64,000 nt of DNA, from contig JAJCTO010000013.1 of the NCBI GenBank assembly GCA_046563655.1, forward strand, positions 310,001 through 374,000, written 5' to 3'. Under the pieces are notes generated by a model. It worked only from the letters and a program-made list of their open reading frames with translations, ran no database searches and had not been told where the DNA came from. Below are positions 27,201 to 42,200 of this stretch, piece after piece. Source of the stretch: Yuukianura sp. NJ FZ-2021 (Eukaryota). The position numbers were made by a program, and so were the translations under genes. How positions within the stretch are numbered: the first letter of the stretch is position 1; the number at the start of each line of letters is the position of its first letter.

Positions 27201-30200
27201 TTAAAATTTTTAGGAAAGACTTTTTTATGTCGTACTACCACCTTGCACTTCCAATAAAGCACACCTGAATAACTGGTGTTCAACAATAATCTGGAATTAT
27301 ATTTTAGCCCAACTCCACTATGCAACAAGTGCATAAATCTAACTGTCATTTTGGTATAAACTAATGTGGGAACTATACAACGAAGTTTTAAACATACTGA
27401 AAAATGGAATTTATGCCTTGTTATCGCTTCTAACCATCTTCATGGAACGCATCTAATACCGGTCCACTTTGTCGTAGTGCATCAACGACTATTACACACG
27501 GTGAACCACTTGTTGTCAGCCTTCATCTTTGAGCACAAAGGAGAAGTGCCGGTGAAATGACAAGCTCGTCCTCACTACAGATACCAACCAGTACTCATTT
27601 TGACACTATGAATCACAATGACTCAGACGGCAATGGAACTTCAGGGAAATCCCATTATTACATTGTCTAAATCAAAATGAAACATTCCGCATTATTTGTT
27701 ATCTTGATTAGAATTTTTAGGAAATAATTTTTTATGTCGTACAACCACCCTGCACTTCCAATAAAGCACACCTGAATAACTGGTGTTCAACAATAATCTG
27801 GAATTATATTTTAGCCCAACTCCACTATGCAACAAGTGCATAAATCTAACTGTCATTTTGGTATAAACTAATGTGGGAACTATACAACGAAGTTTTAAAC
27901 ATACTGAAAAATGGAATTTATGCCTTGTTATCGCTTCTAACCATCTTCATGGAACGCATCTAATACCGGTCCACTTTGTCGTAGTGCATCAACGACTATT
28001 ACACACGGTGAACCACTTGTTGTCAGCCTTCATCTTTGAGCACAAAGGAGAAGTGCCGGTGAAATGACAAGCTCGTCCTCACTACAGATACCAACCAGTA
28101 CTCATTTTGACACTATGAATCACAATGACTCAGACGGCAATGGAACTTCATGGAGAAATCCCATTATTACATTGTCTAAATCAAAATGAAACATTCCGCA
28201 TTATTTGTTATCTTGATTAGAATTTTTAGGAAATAATTTTTTATGTCGTACAACCACCCTGCACTTCCAATAAAGCACACCTGAATAACTGGTGTTCAAC
28301 AATAATCTGGAATTATATTTTAGCCCAACTCCACTATGCAACAAGTGCATAAATCTAACTGTCATTTTGGTATAAACTAATGTGGGAACTATACAACGAA
28401 GTTTTAAACATACTGAAAAATGGAATTTATGCCTTGTTATCGCTTCTAACCATCTTCATGGAACGCATCTAATACCGGTCCACTTTGTCGTAGTGCATCA
28501 ACGACTATTACACACGGTGAACCACTTGTTGTCAGCCTTCATCTTTGAGCACAAAGGAGAAGTGCCGGTGAAATGACAAGCTCGTCCTCACTACAGATAC
28601 CAACCAGTACTCATTTTGACACTATGAATCACAATGACTCAGACGGCAATGGAACTTCAGGGGAAATCCCATTATTACATTGTCTAAATCAAAATGAAAC
28701 ATTCCGCATTATTTGTTATCTTGATTAGAATTTTTAGGAAATAATTTTTTATGTCGTACAACCACCCTGCACTTCCAATAAAGCACACCTGAATAACTGG
28801 TGTTCAACAATAATCTGGAATTATATTTTAGCCCAACTCCACTATGCAACAAGTGCATAAATCTAACTGTCATTTTGGTATAAACTAATGTGGGAACTAT
28901 ACAACGAAGTTTTAAACATACTGAAAAATGGAATTTATGCCTTGTTATCGCTTCTAACCATCTTCATGGAACGCATCTAATACCGGTCCACTTTGTCGTA
29001 GTGCATCAACGACTATTACACACGGTGAACCACTTGTTGTCAGCCTTCATCTTTGAGCACAAAGGAGAAGTGCCGGTGAAATGACAAGCTCGTCCTCACT
29101 ACAGATACCAACCAGTACTCATTTTGACACTATGAATCACAATGACTCAGACGGCAATGGAACTTCAGGTGAAATCCCATTATTACATTGTCTAAATCAA
29201 AATGAAACATTCCGCATTATTTGTTATCTTGATTAGAATTTTTAGGAAATAATTTTTTATGTCGTACAACCACCCTGCACTTCCAATAAAGCACACCTGA
29301 ATAACTGGTGTTCAACAATAATCTGGAATTATATTTTAGCCCAACTCCACTATGCAACAAGTGCATAAATCTAACTGTCATTTTGGTATAAACTAATGTG
29401 GGAACTATACAACGAAGTTTTAAACATACTGAAAAATGGAATTTATGCCTTGTTATCGCTTCTAACCATCTTCATGGAACGCATCTAATACCGGTCCACT
29501 TTGTCGTAGTGCATCAACGACTATTACACACGGTGAACCACTTGTTGTCAGCCTTCATCTTTGAGCACAAAGGAGAAGTGCCGGTGAAATGACAAGCTCG
29601 TCCTCACTACAGATACCAACCAGTACTCATTTTGACACTATGAATCACAATGACTCAGACGGCAATGGAACTTCAGGGGAAATCCCATTATTACATTGTC
29701 TAAATCAAAATGAAACATTCCGCATTATTTGTTATCTTGATTAGAATTTTTAGGAAATAATTTTTTATGTCGTACAACCACCCTGCACTTCCAATAAAGC
29801 ACACCTGAATAACTGGTGTTCAACAATAATCTGGAATTATATTTTAGCCCAACTCCACTATGCAACAAGTGCATAAATCTAACTGTCATTTTGGTATAAA
29901 CTAATGTGGGAACTATACAACGAAGTTTTAAACATACTGAAAAATGGAATTTATGCCTTGTTATCGCTTCTAACCATCTTCATGGAACGCATCTAATACC
30001 GGTCCACTTTGTCGTAGTGCATCAACGACTATTACACACGGTGAACCACTTGTTGTCAGCCTTCATCTTTGAGCACAAAGGAGAAGTGCCGGTGAAATGA
30101 CAAGCTCGTCCTCACTACAGATACCAACCAGTACTCATTTTGACACTATGAATCACAATGACTCAGACGGCAATGGAACTTCAGGGGAAATCCCATTATT

Positions 30201-33200
30201 ACATTGTCTAAATCAAAATGAAACATTCCGCATTATTTGTTATCTTGATTAGAATTTTTAGGAAATAATTTTTTATGTCGTACAACCACCCTGCACTTCC
30301 AATAAAGCACACCTGAATAACTGGTGTTCAACAATAATCTGGAATTATATTTTAGCCCAACTCCACTATGCAACAAGTGCATAAATCTAACTGTCATTTT
30401 GGTATAAACTAATGTGGGAACTATACAACGAAGTTTTAAACATACTGAAAAATGGAATTTATGCCTTGTTATCGCTTCTAACCATCTTCATGGAACGCAT
30501 CTAATACCGGTCCACTTTGTCGTAGTGCATCAACGACTATTACACACGGTGAACCACTTGTTGTCAGCCTTCATCTTTGAGCACAAAGGAGAAGTGCCGG
30601 TGAAATGACAAGCTCGTCCTCACTACAGATACCAACCAGTACTCATTTTGACACTATGAATCACAATGACTCAGACGGCAATGGAACTTCAGGAGAAATC
30701 CCATTATTACATTGTCTAAATCAAAATGAAACATTCCGCATTATTTGTTATCTTGATTAGAATTTTTAGGAAATAATTTTTTATGTCGTACAACCACCCT
30801 GCACTTCCAATAAAGCACACCTGAATAACTGGTGTTCAACAATAATCTGGAATTATATTTTAGCCCAACTCCACTATGCAACAAGTGCATAAATCTAACT
30901 GTCATTTTGGTATAAACTAATGTGGGAACTATACAACGAAGTTTTAAACATACTGAAAAATGGAATTTATGCCTTGTTATCGCTTCTAACCATCTTCATG
31001 GAACGCATCTAATACCGGTCCACTTTGTCGTAGTGCATCAACGACTATTACACACGGTGAACCACTTGTTGTCAGCCTTCATCTTTGAGCACAAAGGAGA
31101 AGTGCCGGTGAAATGACAAGCTCGTCCTCACTACAGATACCAACCAGTACTCATTTTGACACTATGAATCACAATGACTCAGACGGCAATGGAACTTCAG
31201 GGGAAATCCCATTATTACATTGTCTAAATCAAAATGAAACATTCCGCATTATTTGTTATCTTGATTAGAATTTTTAGGAAATAATTTTTTATGTCGTACA
31301 ACCACCCTGCACTTCCAATAAAGCACACCTGAATAACTGGTGTTCAACAATAATCTGGAATTATATTTTAGCCCAACTCCACTATGCAACAAGTGCATAA
31401 ATCTAACTGTCATTTTGGTATAAACTAATGTGGGAACTATACAACGAAGTTTTAAACATACTGAAAATTGGAATTTATGCCTTGTTATCGCTTCTAACCA
31501 TCTTCATGGAACGCATCTAATACCGGTCCACTTTGTCGTAGTGCATCAACGACTATTACACACGGTGAACCACTTGTTGTCAGCCTTCATCTTTGAGCAC
31601 AAAGGAGAAGTGCCGGTGAAATGACAAGCTCGTCCTCACTACAGATACCAACCAGTACTCATTTTGACACTATGAATCACAATGACTCAGACGGCAATGG
31701 AACTTCAGGGGAAATCCCATTATTACATTGTCTAAATCAAAATGAAACATTCCGCATTATTTGTTATCTTGATTAGAATTTTTAGGAAATAATTTTTTAT
31801 GTCGTACAACCACCCTGCACTTCCAATAAAGCACACCTGAATAACTGGTGTTCAACAATAATCTGGAATTATATTTTAGCCCAACTCCACTATGCAACAA
31901 GTGCATAAATCTAACTGTCATTTTGGTATAAACTAATGTGGGAACTATACAACGAAGTTTTAAACATACTGAAAAATGGAATTTATGCCTTGTTATCGCT
32001 TCTAACCATCTTCATGGAACGCATCTAATACCGGTCCACTTTGTCGTAGTGCATCAACGACTATTACACACGGTGAACCACTTGTTGTCAGCCTTCATCT
32101 TTGAGCACAAAGGAGAAGTGCCGGTGAAATGACAAGCTCGTCCTCACTACAGATACCAACCAGTACTCATTTTGACACTATGAATCACAATGACTCAGAC
32201 GGCAATGGAACTTCAGGGGAAATCCCATTATTACATTGTCTAAATCAAAATGAAACATTCCGCATTATTTGTTATCTTGATTAGAATTTTTAGGAAATAA
32301 TTTTTTATGTCGTACAACCACCCTGCACTTCCAATAAAGCACACCTGAATAACTGGTGTTCAACAATAATCTGGAATTATATTTTAGCCCAACTCCACTA
32401 TGCAACAAGTGCATAAATCTAACTGTCATTTTGGTATAAACTAATGTGGGAACTATACAACGAAGTTTTAAACATACTGAAAAATGGAATTTATGCCTTG
32501 TTATCGCTTCTAACCATCTTCATGGAACGCATCTAATACCGGTCCACTTTGTCGTAGTGCATCAACGACTATTACACACGGTGAACCACTTGTTGTCAGC
32601 CTTCATCTTTGAGCACAAAGGAGAAGTGCCGGTGAAATGACAAGCTCGTCCTCACTACAGATACCAACCAGTACTCATTTTGACACTATGAATCACAATG
32701 ACTCAGACGGCAATGGAACTTCAGGAGAAATCCCATTATTACATTGTCTAAATCAAAATGAAACATTCCGCATTATTTGTTATCTTGATTAGAATTTTTA
32801 GGAAATAATTTTTTATGTCGTACAACCACCCTGCACTTCCAATAAAGCACACCTGAATAACTGGTGTTCAACAATAATCTGGAATTATATTTTAGCCCAA
32901 CTCCACTATGCAACAAGTGCATAAATCTAACTGTCATTTTGGTATAAACTAATGTGGGAACTATACAACGAAGTTTTAAACATACTGAAAAATGGAATTT
33001 ATGCCTTGTTATCGCTTCTAACCATCTTCATGGAACGCATCTAATACCGGTCCACTTTGTCGTAGTGCATCAACGACTATTACACACGGTGAACCACTTG
33101 TTGTCAGCCTTCATCTTTGAGCACAAAGGAGAAGTGCCGGTGAAATGACAAGCTCGTCCTCACTACAGATACCAACCAGTACTCATTTTGACACTATGAA

Positions 33201-36200
33201 TCACAATGACTCAGACGGCAATGGAACTTCAGGGGAAATCCCATTATTACATTGTCTAAATCAAAATGAAACATTCCGCATTATTTGTTATCTTGATTAG
33301 AATTTTTAGGAAATAATTTTTTATGTCGTACAACCACCCTGCACTTCCAATAAAGCACACCTGAATAACTGGTGTTCAACAATAATCTGGAATTATATTT
33401 TAGCCCAACTCCACTATGCAACAAGTGCATAAATCTAACTGTCATTTTGGTATAAACTAATGTGGGAACTATACAACGAAGTTTTAAACATACTGAAAAA
33501 TGGAATTTATGCCTTGTTATCGCTTCTAACCATCTTCATGGAACGCATCTAATACCGGTCCACTTTGTCGTAGTGCATCAACGACTATTACACACGGTGA
33601 ACCACTTGTTGTCAGCCTTCATCTTTGAGCACAAAGGAGAAGTGCCGGTGAAATGACAAGCTCGTCCTCACTACAGATACCAACCAGTACTCATTTTGAC
33701 ACTATGAATCACAATGACTCAGACGGCAATGGAACTTCAGGGGAAATCCCATTATTACATTGTCTAAATCAAAATGAAACATTCCGCATTATTTGTTATC
33801 TTGATTAGAATTTTTAGGAAATAATTTTTTATGTCATACTACCACCTTGCACTTCCAATAAAGCACACCTGAATAACTGGTGTTCAACAATAATCTGGAA
33901 TTATATTTTAGCCCAACTCCACTATGCAACAAGTGCATAAATCTAACTGTCATTTTGGTATAAACTAATGTGGGAACTATACAACGAAGTTTTAAACATA
34001 CTGAAAAATGGAATTTATGCCTTGTTATCGCTTCTAACCATCTTCATGGAACGCATCTAATACCGGTCCACTTTGTCGTAGTGCATCAACGACTATTACA
34101 CACGGTGAACCACTTGTTGTCAGCCTTCATCTTTGAGCACAAAGGAGAAGTGCCGGTGAAATGACAAGCTCGTCCTCACTACAGATACCAACCAGTACTC
34201 ATTTTGACACTATGAATCACAATGACTCAGACGGCAATGGAACTTCAGGGGAAATCCCATTATTACATTGTCTAAATCAAAATGAAACATTCCGCATTAT
34301 TTGTTATCTTGATTAGAATTTTTAGGAAATAATTTTTTATGTCGTACAACCACCCTGCACTTCCAATAAAGCACACCTGAATAACTGGTGTTCAACAATA
34401 ATCTGGAATTATATTTTAGCCCAACTCCACTATGCAACAAGTGCATAAATCTAACTGTCATTTTGGTATAAACTAATGTGGGAACTATACAACGAAGTTT
34501 TAAACATACTGAAAATTGGAATTTATGCCTTGTTATCGCTTCTAACCATCTTCATGGAACGCATCTAATACCGGTCCACTTTGTCGTAGTGCATCAACGA
34601 CTATTACACACGGTGAACCACTTGTTGTCAGCCTTCATCTTTGAGCACAAAGGAGAAGTGCCGGTGAAATGACAAGCTCGTCCTCACTACAGATACCAAC
34701 CAGTACTCATTTTGACACTATGAATCACAATGACTCAGACGGCAATGGAACTTCAGGGGAAATCCCATTATTACATTGTCTAAATCAAAATGAAACATTC
34801 CGCATTATTTGTTATCTTGATTAGAATTTTTAGGAAATAATTTTTTATGTCGTACTACCACCTTGCACTTCCAATAAAGCACACCTGAATAACTGGTGTT
34901 CAACAATAATCTGGAATTATATTTTAGCCCAACTCCACTATGCAACAAGTGCATAAATCTAACTGTCATTTTGGTATAAACTAATGTGGGAACTATACAA
35001 CGAAGTTTTAAACATACTGAAAAATGGAATTTATGCCTTGTTATCGCTTCTAACCATCTTCATGGAACGCATCTAATACCGGTCCACTTTGTCGTAGTGC
35101 ATCAACGACTATTACACACGGTGAACCACTTGTTGTCAGCCTTCATCTTTGAGCACAAAGGAGAAGTGCCGGTGAAATGACAAGCTCGTCCTCACTACAG
35201 ATACCAACCAGTACTCATTTTGACACTATGAATCACAATGACTCAGACGGCAATGGAACTTCAGGGGAAATCCCATTATTACATTGTCTAAATCAAAATG
35301 AAACATTCCGCATTATTTGTTATCTTGATTAGAATTTTTAGGAAATAATTTTTTATGTCGTACAACCACCCTGCACTTCCAATAAAGCACACCTGAATAA
35401 CTGGTGTTCAACAATAATCTGGAATTATATTTTAGCCCAACTCCACTATGCAACAAGTGCATAAATCTAACTGTCATTTTGGTATAAACTAATGTGGGAA
35501 CTATACAACGAAGTTTTAAACATACTGAAAATTGGAATTTATGCCTTGTTATCGCTTCTAACCATCTTCATGGAACGCATCTAATACCGGTCCACTTTGT
35601 CGTAGTGCATCAACGACTATTACACACGGTGAACCACTTGTTGTCAGCCTTCATCTTTGAGCACAAAGGAGAAGTGCCGGTGAAATGACAAGCTCGTCCT
35701 CACTACAGATACCAACCAGTACTCATTTTGACACTATGAATCACAATGACTCAGACGGCAATGGAACTTCAGGGAAATCCCATTATTACATTGTCTAAAT
35801 CAAAATGAAACATTCCGCATTATTTGTTATCTTGAGTAGAATTTTTAGGAAATAATTTTTTATGTCGTACAACCACCTTGCACTTCCAATAAAGCACACC
35901 TGAATAACTGGTGTTCAACAATAATCTGGAATTATATTTTAGCCCAACTCCACTATGCAACAAGTGCATAAATCTAACTGTCATTTTGGTATAAACTAAT
36001 GTGGGAACTATACAACGAAGTTTTAAACATACTGAAAATTGGAATTTATGCCTTGTTATCGCTTCTAACCATCTTCATGGAACGCATCTAATACCGGTCC
36101 ACTTTGTCGTAGTGCATCAACGACTATTACACACGGTGAACCACTTGTTGTCAGCCTTCATCTTTGAGCACAAAGGAGAAGTGCCGGTGAAATGACAAGC

Positions 36201-39200
36201 TCGTCCTCACTACAGATACCAACCAGTACTCATTTTGACACTATGAATCACAATGACTCAGACGGCAATGGAACTTCAGGGGAAATCCCATTATTACATT
36301 GTCTAAATCAAAATGAAACATTCCGCATTATTTGTTATCTTGATTAGAATTTTTAGGAAATAATTTTTTATGTCGTACAACCACCCTGCACTTCCAATAA
36401 AGCACACCTGAATAACTGGTGTTCAACAATAATCTGGAATTATATTTTAGCCCAACTCCACTATGCAACAAGTGCATAAATCTAACTGTCATTTTGGTAT
36501 AAACTAATGTGGGAACTATACAACGAAGTTTTAAACATACTGAAAAATGGAATTTATGCCTTGTTATCGCTTCTAACCATCTTCATGGAACGCATCTAAT
36601 ACCGGTCCACTTTGTCGTAGTGCATCAACGACTATTACACACGGTGAACCACTTGTTGTCAGCCTTCATCTTTGAGCACAAAGGAGAAGTGCCGGTGAAA
36701 TGACAAGCTCGTCCTCACTACAGATACCAACCAGTACTCATTTTGACACTATGAATCACAATGACTCAGACGGCAATGGAACTTCAGGGGAAATCCCATT
36801 ATTACATTGTCTAAATCAAAATGAAACATTCCGCATTATTTGTTATCTTGATTAGAATTTTTAGGAAATAATTTTTTATGTCGTACAACCACCCTGCACT
36901 TCCAATAAAGCACACCTGAATAACTGGTGTTCAACAATAATCTGGAATTATATTTTAGCCCAACTCCACTATGCAACAAGTGCATAAATCTAACTGTCAT
37001 TTTGGTATAAACTAATGTGGGAACTATACAACGAAGTTTTAAACATACTGAAAAATGGAATTTATGCCTTGTTATCGCTTCTAACCATCTTCATGGAACG
37101 CATCTAATACCGGTCCACTTTGTCGTAGTGCATCAACGACTATTACACACGGTGAACCACTTGTTGTCAGCCTTCATCTTTGAGCACAAAGGAGAAGTGC
37201 CGGTGAAATGACAAGCTCGTCCTCACTACAGATACCAACCAGTACTCATTTTGACACTATGAATCACAATGACTCAGACGGCAATGGAACTTCAGGGGAA
37301 ATCCCATTATTACATTGTCTAAATCAAAATGAAACATTCCGCATTATTTGTTATCTTGATTAGAATTTTTAGGAAATAATTTTTTATGTCGTACAACCAC
37401 CCTGCACTTCCAATAAAGCACACCTGAATAACTGGTGTTCAACAATAATCTGGAATTATATTTTAGCCCAACTCCACTATGCAACAAGTGCATAAATCTA
37501 ACTGTCATTTTGGTATAAACTAATGTGGGAACTATACAACGAAGTTTTAAACATACTGAAAAATGGAATTTATGCCTTGTTATCGCTTCTAACCATCTTC
37601 ATGGAACGCATCTAATACCGGTCCACTTTGTCGTAGTGCATCAACGACTATTACACACGGTGAACCACTTGTTGTCAGCCTTCATCTTTGAGCACAAAGG
37701 AGAAGTGCCGGTGAAATGACAAGCTCGTCCTCACTACAGATACCAACCAGTACTCATTTTGACACTATGAATCACAATGACTCAGACGGCAATGGAACTT
37801 CAGGGGAAATCCCATTATTACATTGTCTAAATCAAAATGAAACATTCCGCATTATTTGTTATCTTGATTAGAATTTTTAGGAAATAATTTTTTATGTCGT
37901 ACAACCACCCTGCACTTCCAATAAAGCACACCTGAATAACTGGTGTTCAACAATAATCTGGAATTATATTTTAGCCCAACTCCACTATGCAACAAGTGCA
38001 TAAATCTAACTGTCATTTTGGTATAAACTAATGTGGGAACTATACAACGAAGTTTTAAACATACTGAAAAATGGAATTTATGCCTTGTTATCGCTTCTAA
38101 CCATCTTCATGGAACGCATCTAATACCGGTCCACTTTGTCGTAGTGCATCAACGACTATTACACACGGTGAACCACTTGTTGTCAGCCTTCATCTTTGAG
38201 CACAAAGGAGAAGTGCCGGTGAAATGACAAGCTCGTCCTCACTACAGATACCAACCAGTACTCATTTTGACACTATGAATCACAATGACTCAGACGGCAA
38301 TGGAACTTCAGGGGAAATCCCATTATTACATTGTCTAAATCAAAATGAAACATTCCGCATTATTTGTTATCTTGATTAGAATTTTTAGGAAATAATTTTT
38401 TATGTCGTACAACCACCCTGCACTTCCAATAAAGCACACCTGAATAACTGGTGTTCAACAATAATCTGGAATTATATTTTAGCCCAACTCCACTATGCAA
38501 CAAGTGCATAAATCTAACTGTCATTTTGGTATAAACTAATGTGGGAACTATACAACGAAGTTTTAAACATACTGAAAAATGGAATTTATGCCTTGTTATC
38601 GCTTCTAACCATCTTCATGGAACGCATCTAATACCGGTCCACTTTGTCGTAGTGCATCAACGACTATTACACACGGTGAACCACTTGTTGTCAGCCTTCA
38701 TCTTTGAGCACAAAGGAGAAGTGCCGGTGAAATGACAAGCTCGTCCTCACTACAGATACCAACCAGTACTCATTTTGACACTATGAATCACAATGACTCA
38801 GACGGCAATGGAACTTCAGGGGAAATCCCATTATTACATTGTCTAAATCAAAATGAAACATTCCGCATTATTTGTTATCTTGATTAGAATTTTTAGGAAA
38901 TAATTTTTTATGTCGTACAACCACCCTGCACTTCCAATAAAGCACACCTGAATAACTGGTGTTCAACAATAATCTGGAATTATATTTTAGCCCAACTCCA
39001 CTATGCAACAAGTGCATAAATCTAACTGTCATTTTGGTATAAACTAATGTGGGAACTATACAACGAAGTTTTAAACATACTGAAAAATGGAATTTATGCC
39101 TTGTTATCGCTTCTAACCATCTTCATGGAACGCATCTAATACCGGTCCACTTTGTCGTAGTGCATCAACGACTATTACACACGGTGAACCACTTGTTGTC

Positions 39201-42200
39201 AGCCTTCATCTTTGAGCACAAAGGAGAAGTGCCGGTGAAATGACAAGCTCGTCCTCACTACAGATACCAACCAGTACTCATTTTGACACTATGAATCACA
39301 ATGACTCAGACGGCAATGGAACTTCAGGAGAAATCCCATTATTACATTGTCTAAATCAAAATGAAACATTCCGCATTATTTGTTATTTTGATTAAAATTT
39401 TTAGGAAATAATTTTTTATGTCGTACAACCACCCTGCACTTCCAATAAAGCACACCTGAATAACTGGTGTTCAACAATAATCTGGAATTATATTTTAGCC
39501 CAACTCCACTATGCAACAAGTGCATAAATCTAACTGTCATTTTGGTATAAACTAATGTGGGAACTATACAACGAAGTTTTAAACATACTGAAAAATGGAA
39601 TTTATGCCTTGTTATCGCTTCTAACCATCTTCATGGAACGCATCTAATACCGGTCCACTTTGTCGTAGTGCATCAACGACTATTACACACAGTGAACCAC
39701 TTGTTGTCCGCCTTCATCTTTGAGCACAAAGGAGAAGTGCCGTGAAATGACAAGCTCGTCCTCACTACAGATACCAACCAGTACTCATTTTGACAATATG
39801 AATCACAATGACTCAGACGGCAATGGAACTTCAGGGGAAATCCCATTATTACATTGTCTAAATCAAAATGAAACATTCCGCATTATTTGTTATCTTGATT
39901 AGAATTTTTAGGAAATAATTTTTTATGTCGTACAACCACCCTGCACTTCCAATAAAGCACACCTGAATAACTGGTGTTCAACAATAATCTGGAATTATAT
40001 TTTAGCCCAACTCCACTATGCAACAAGTGCATAAATCTAACTGTCATTTTGGTATAAACTAATGTGGGAACTATACAACGAAGTTTTAAACATACTGAAA
40101 ATTGGAATTTATGCCTTGTTATCGCTTCTAACCATCTTCATGGAACGCATCTAATACCGGTCCACTTTGTCGTAGTGCATCAACGACTATTACACACGGT
40201 GAACCACTTGTTGTCAGCCTTCATCTTTGAGCACAAAGGAGAAGTGCCGGTGAAATGACAAGCTCGTCCTCACTACAGATACCAACCAGTACTCATTTTG
40301 ACACTATGAATCACAATGACTCAGACGGCAATGGAACTTCAGGGGAAATCCCATTATTACATTGTCTAAATCAAAATGAAACATTCCGCATTATTTGTTA
40401 TCTTGATTAGAATTTTTAGGAAATAATTTTTTATGTCGTACAACCACCCTGCACTTCCAATAAAGCACACCTGAATAACTGGTGTTCAACAATAATCTGG
40501 AATTATATTTTAGCCCAACTCCACTATGCAACAAGTGCATAAATCTAACTGTCATTTTGGTATAAACTAATGTGGGAACTATACAACGAAGTTTTAAACA
40601 TACTGAAAATTGGAATTTATGCCTTGTTATCGCTTCTAACCATCTTCATGGAACGCATCTAATACCGGTCCACTTTGTCGTAGTGCATCAACGACTATTA
40701 CACACGGTGAACCACTTGTTGTCAGCCTTCATCTTTGAGCACAAAGGAGAAGTGCCGGTGAAATGACAAGCTCGTCCTCACTACAGATACCAACCAGTAC
40801 TCATTTTGACACTATGAATCACAATGACTCAGACGGCAATGGAACTTCAGGGGAAATCCCATTATTACATTGTCTAAATCAAAATGAAACATTCCGCATT
40901 ATTTGTTATCTTGATTAGAATTTTTAGGAAATAATTTTTTATGTCGTACAACCACCCTGCACTTCCAATAAAGCACACCTGAATAACTGGTGTTCAACAA
41001 TAATCTGGAATTATATTTTAGCCCAACTCCACTATGCAACAAGTGCATAAATCTAACTGTCATTTTGGTATAAACTAATGTGGGAACTATACAACGAAGT
41101 TTTAAACATACTGAAAAATGGAATTTATGCCTTGTTATCGCTTCTAACCATCTTCATGGAACGCATCTAATACCGGTCCACTTTGTCGTAGTGCATCAAC
41201 GACTATTACACACGGTGAACCACTTGTTGTCAGCCTTCATCTTTGAGCACAAAGGAGAAGTGCCGGTGAAATGACAAGCTCGTCCTCACTACAGATACCA
41301 ACCAGTACTCATTTTGACACTATGAATCACAATGACTCAGACGGCAATGGAACTTCAGGGGAAATCCCATTATTACATTGTCTAAATCAAAATGAAACAT
41401 TCCGCATTATTTGTTATCTTGATTAGAATTTTTAGGAAATAATTTTTTATGTCGTACAACCACCCTGCACTTCCAATAAAGCACACCTGAATAACTGGTG
41501 TTCAACAATAATCTGGAATTATATTTTAGCCCAACTCCACTATGCAACAAGTGCATAAATCTAACTGTCATTTTGGTATAAACTAATGTGGGAACTATAC
41601 AACGAAGTTTTAAACATACTGAAAAATGGAATTTATGCCTTGTTATCGCTTCTAACCATCTTCATGGAACGCATCTAATACCGGTCCACTTTGTCGTAGT
41701 GCATCAACGACTATTACACACGGTGAACCACTTGTTGTCAGCCTTCATCTTTGAGCACAAAGGAGAAGTGCCGGTGAAATGACAAGCTCGTCCTCACTAC
41801 AGATACCAACCAGTACTCATTTTGACACTATGAATCACAATGACTCAGACGGCAATGGAACTTCAGGGGAAATCCCATTATTACATTGTCTAAATCAAAA
41901 TGAAACATTCCGCATTATTTGTTATCTTGATTAGAATTTTTAGGAAATAATTTTTTATGTCGTACAACCACCCTGCACTTCCAATAAAGCACACCTGAAT
42001 AACTGGTGTTCAACAATAATCTGGAATTATATTTTAGCCCAACTCCACTATGCAACAAGTGCATAAATCTAACTGTCATTTTGGTATAAACTAATGTGGG
42101 AACTATACAACGAAGTTTTAAACATACTGAAAAATGGAATTTATGCCTTGTTATCGCTTCTAACCATCTTCATGGAACGCATCTAATACCGGTCCACTTT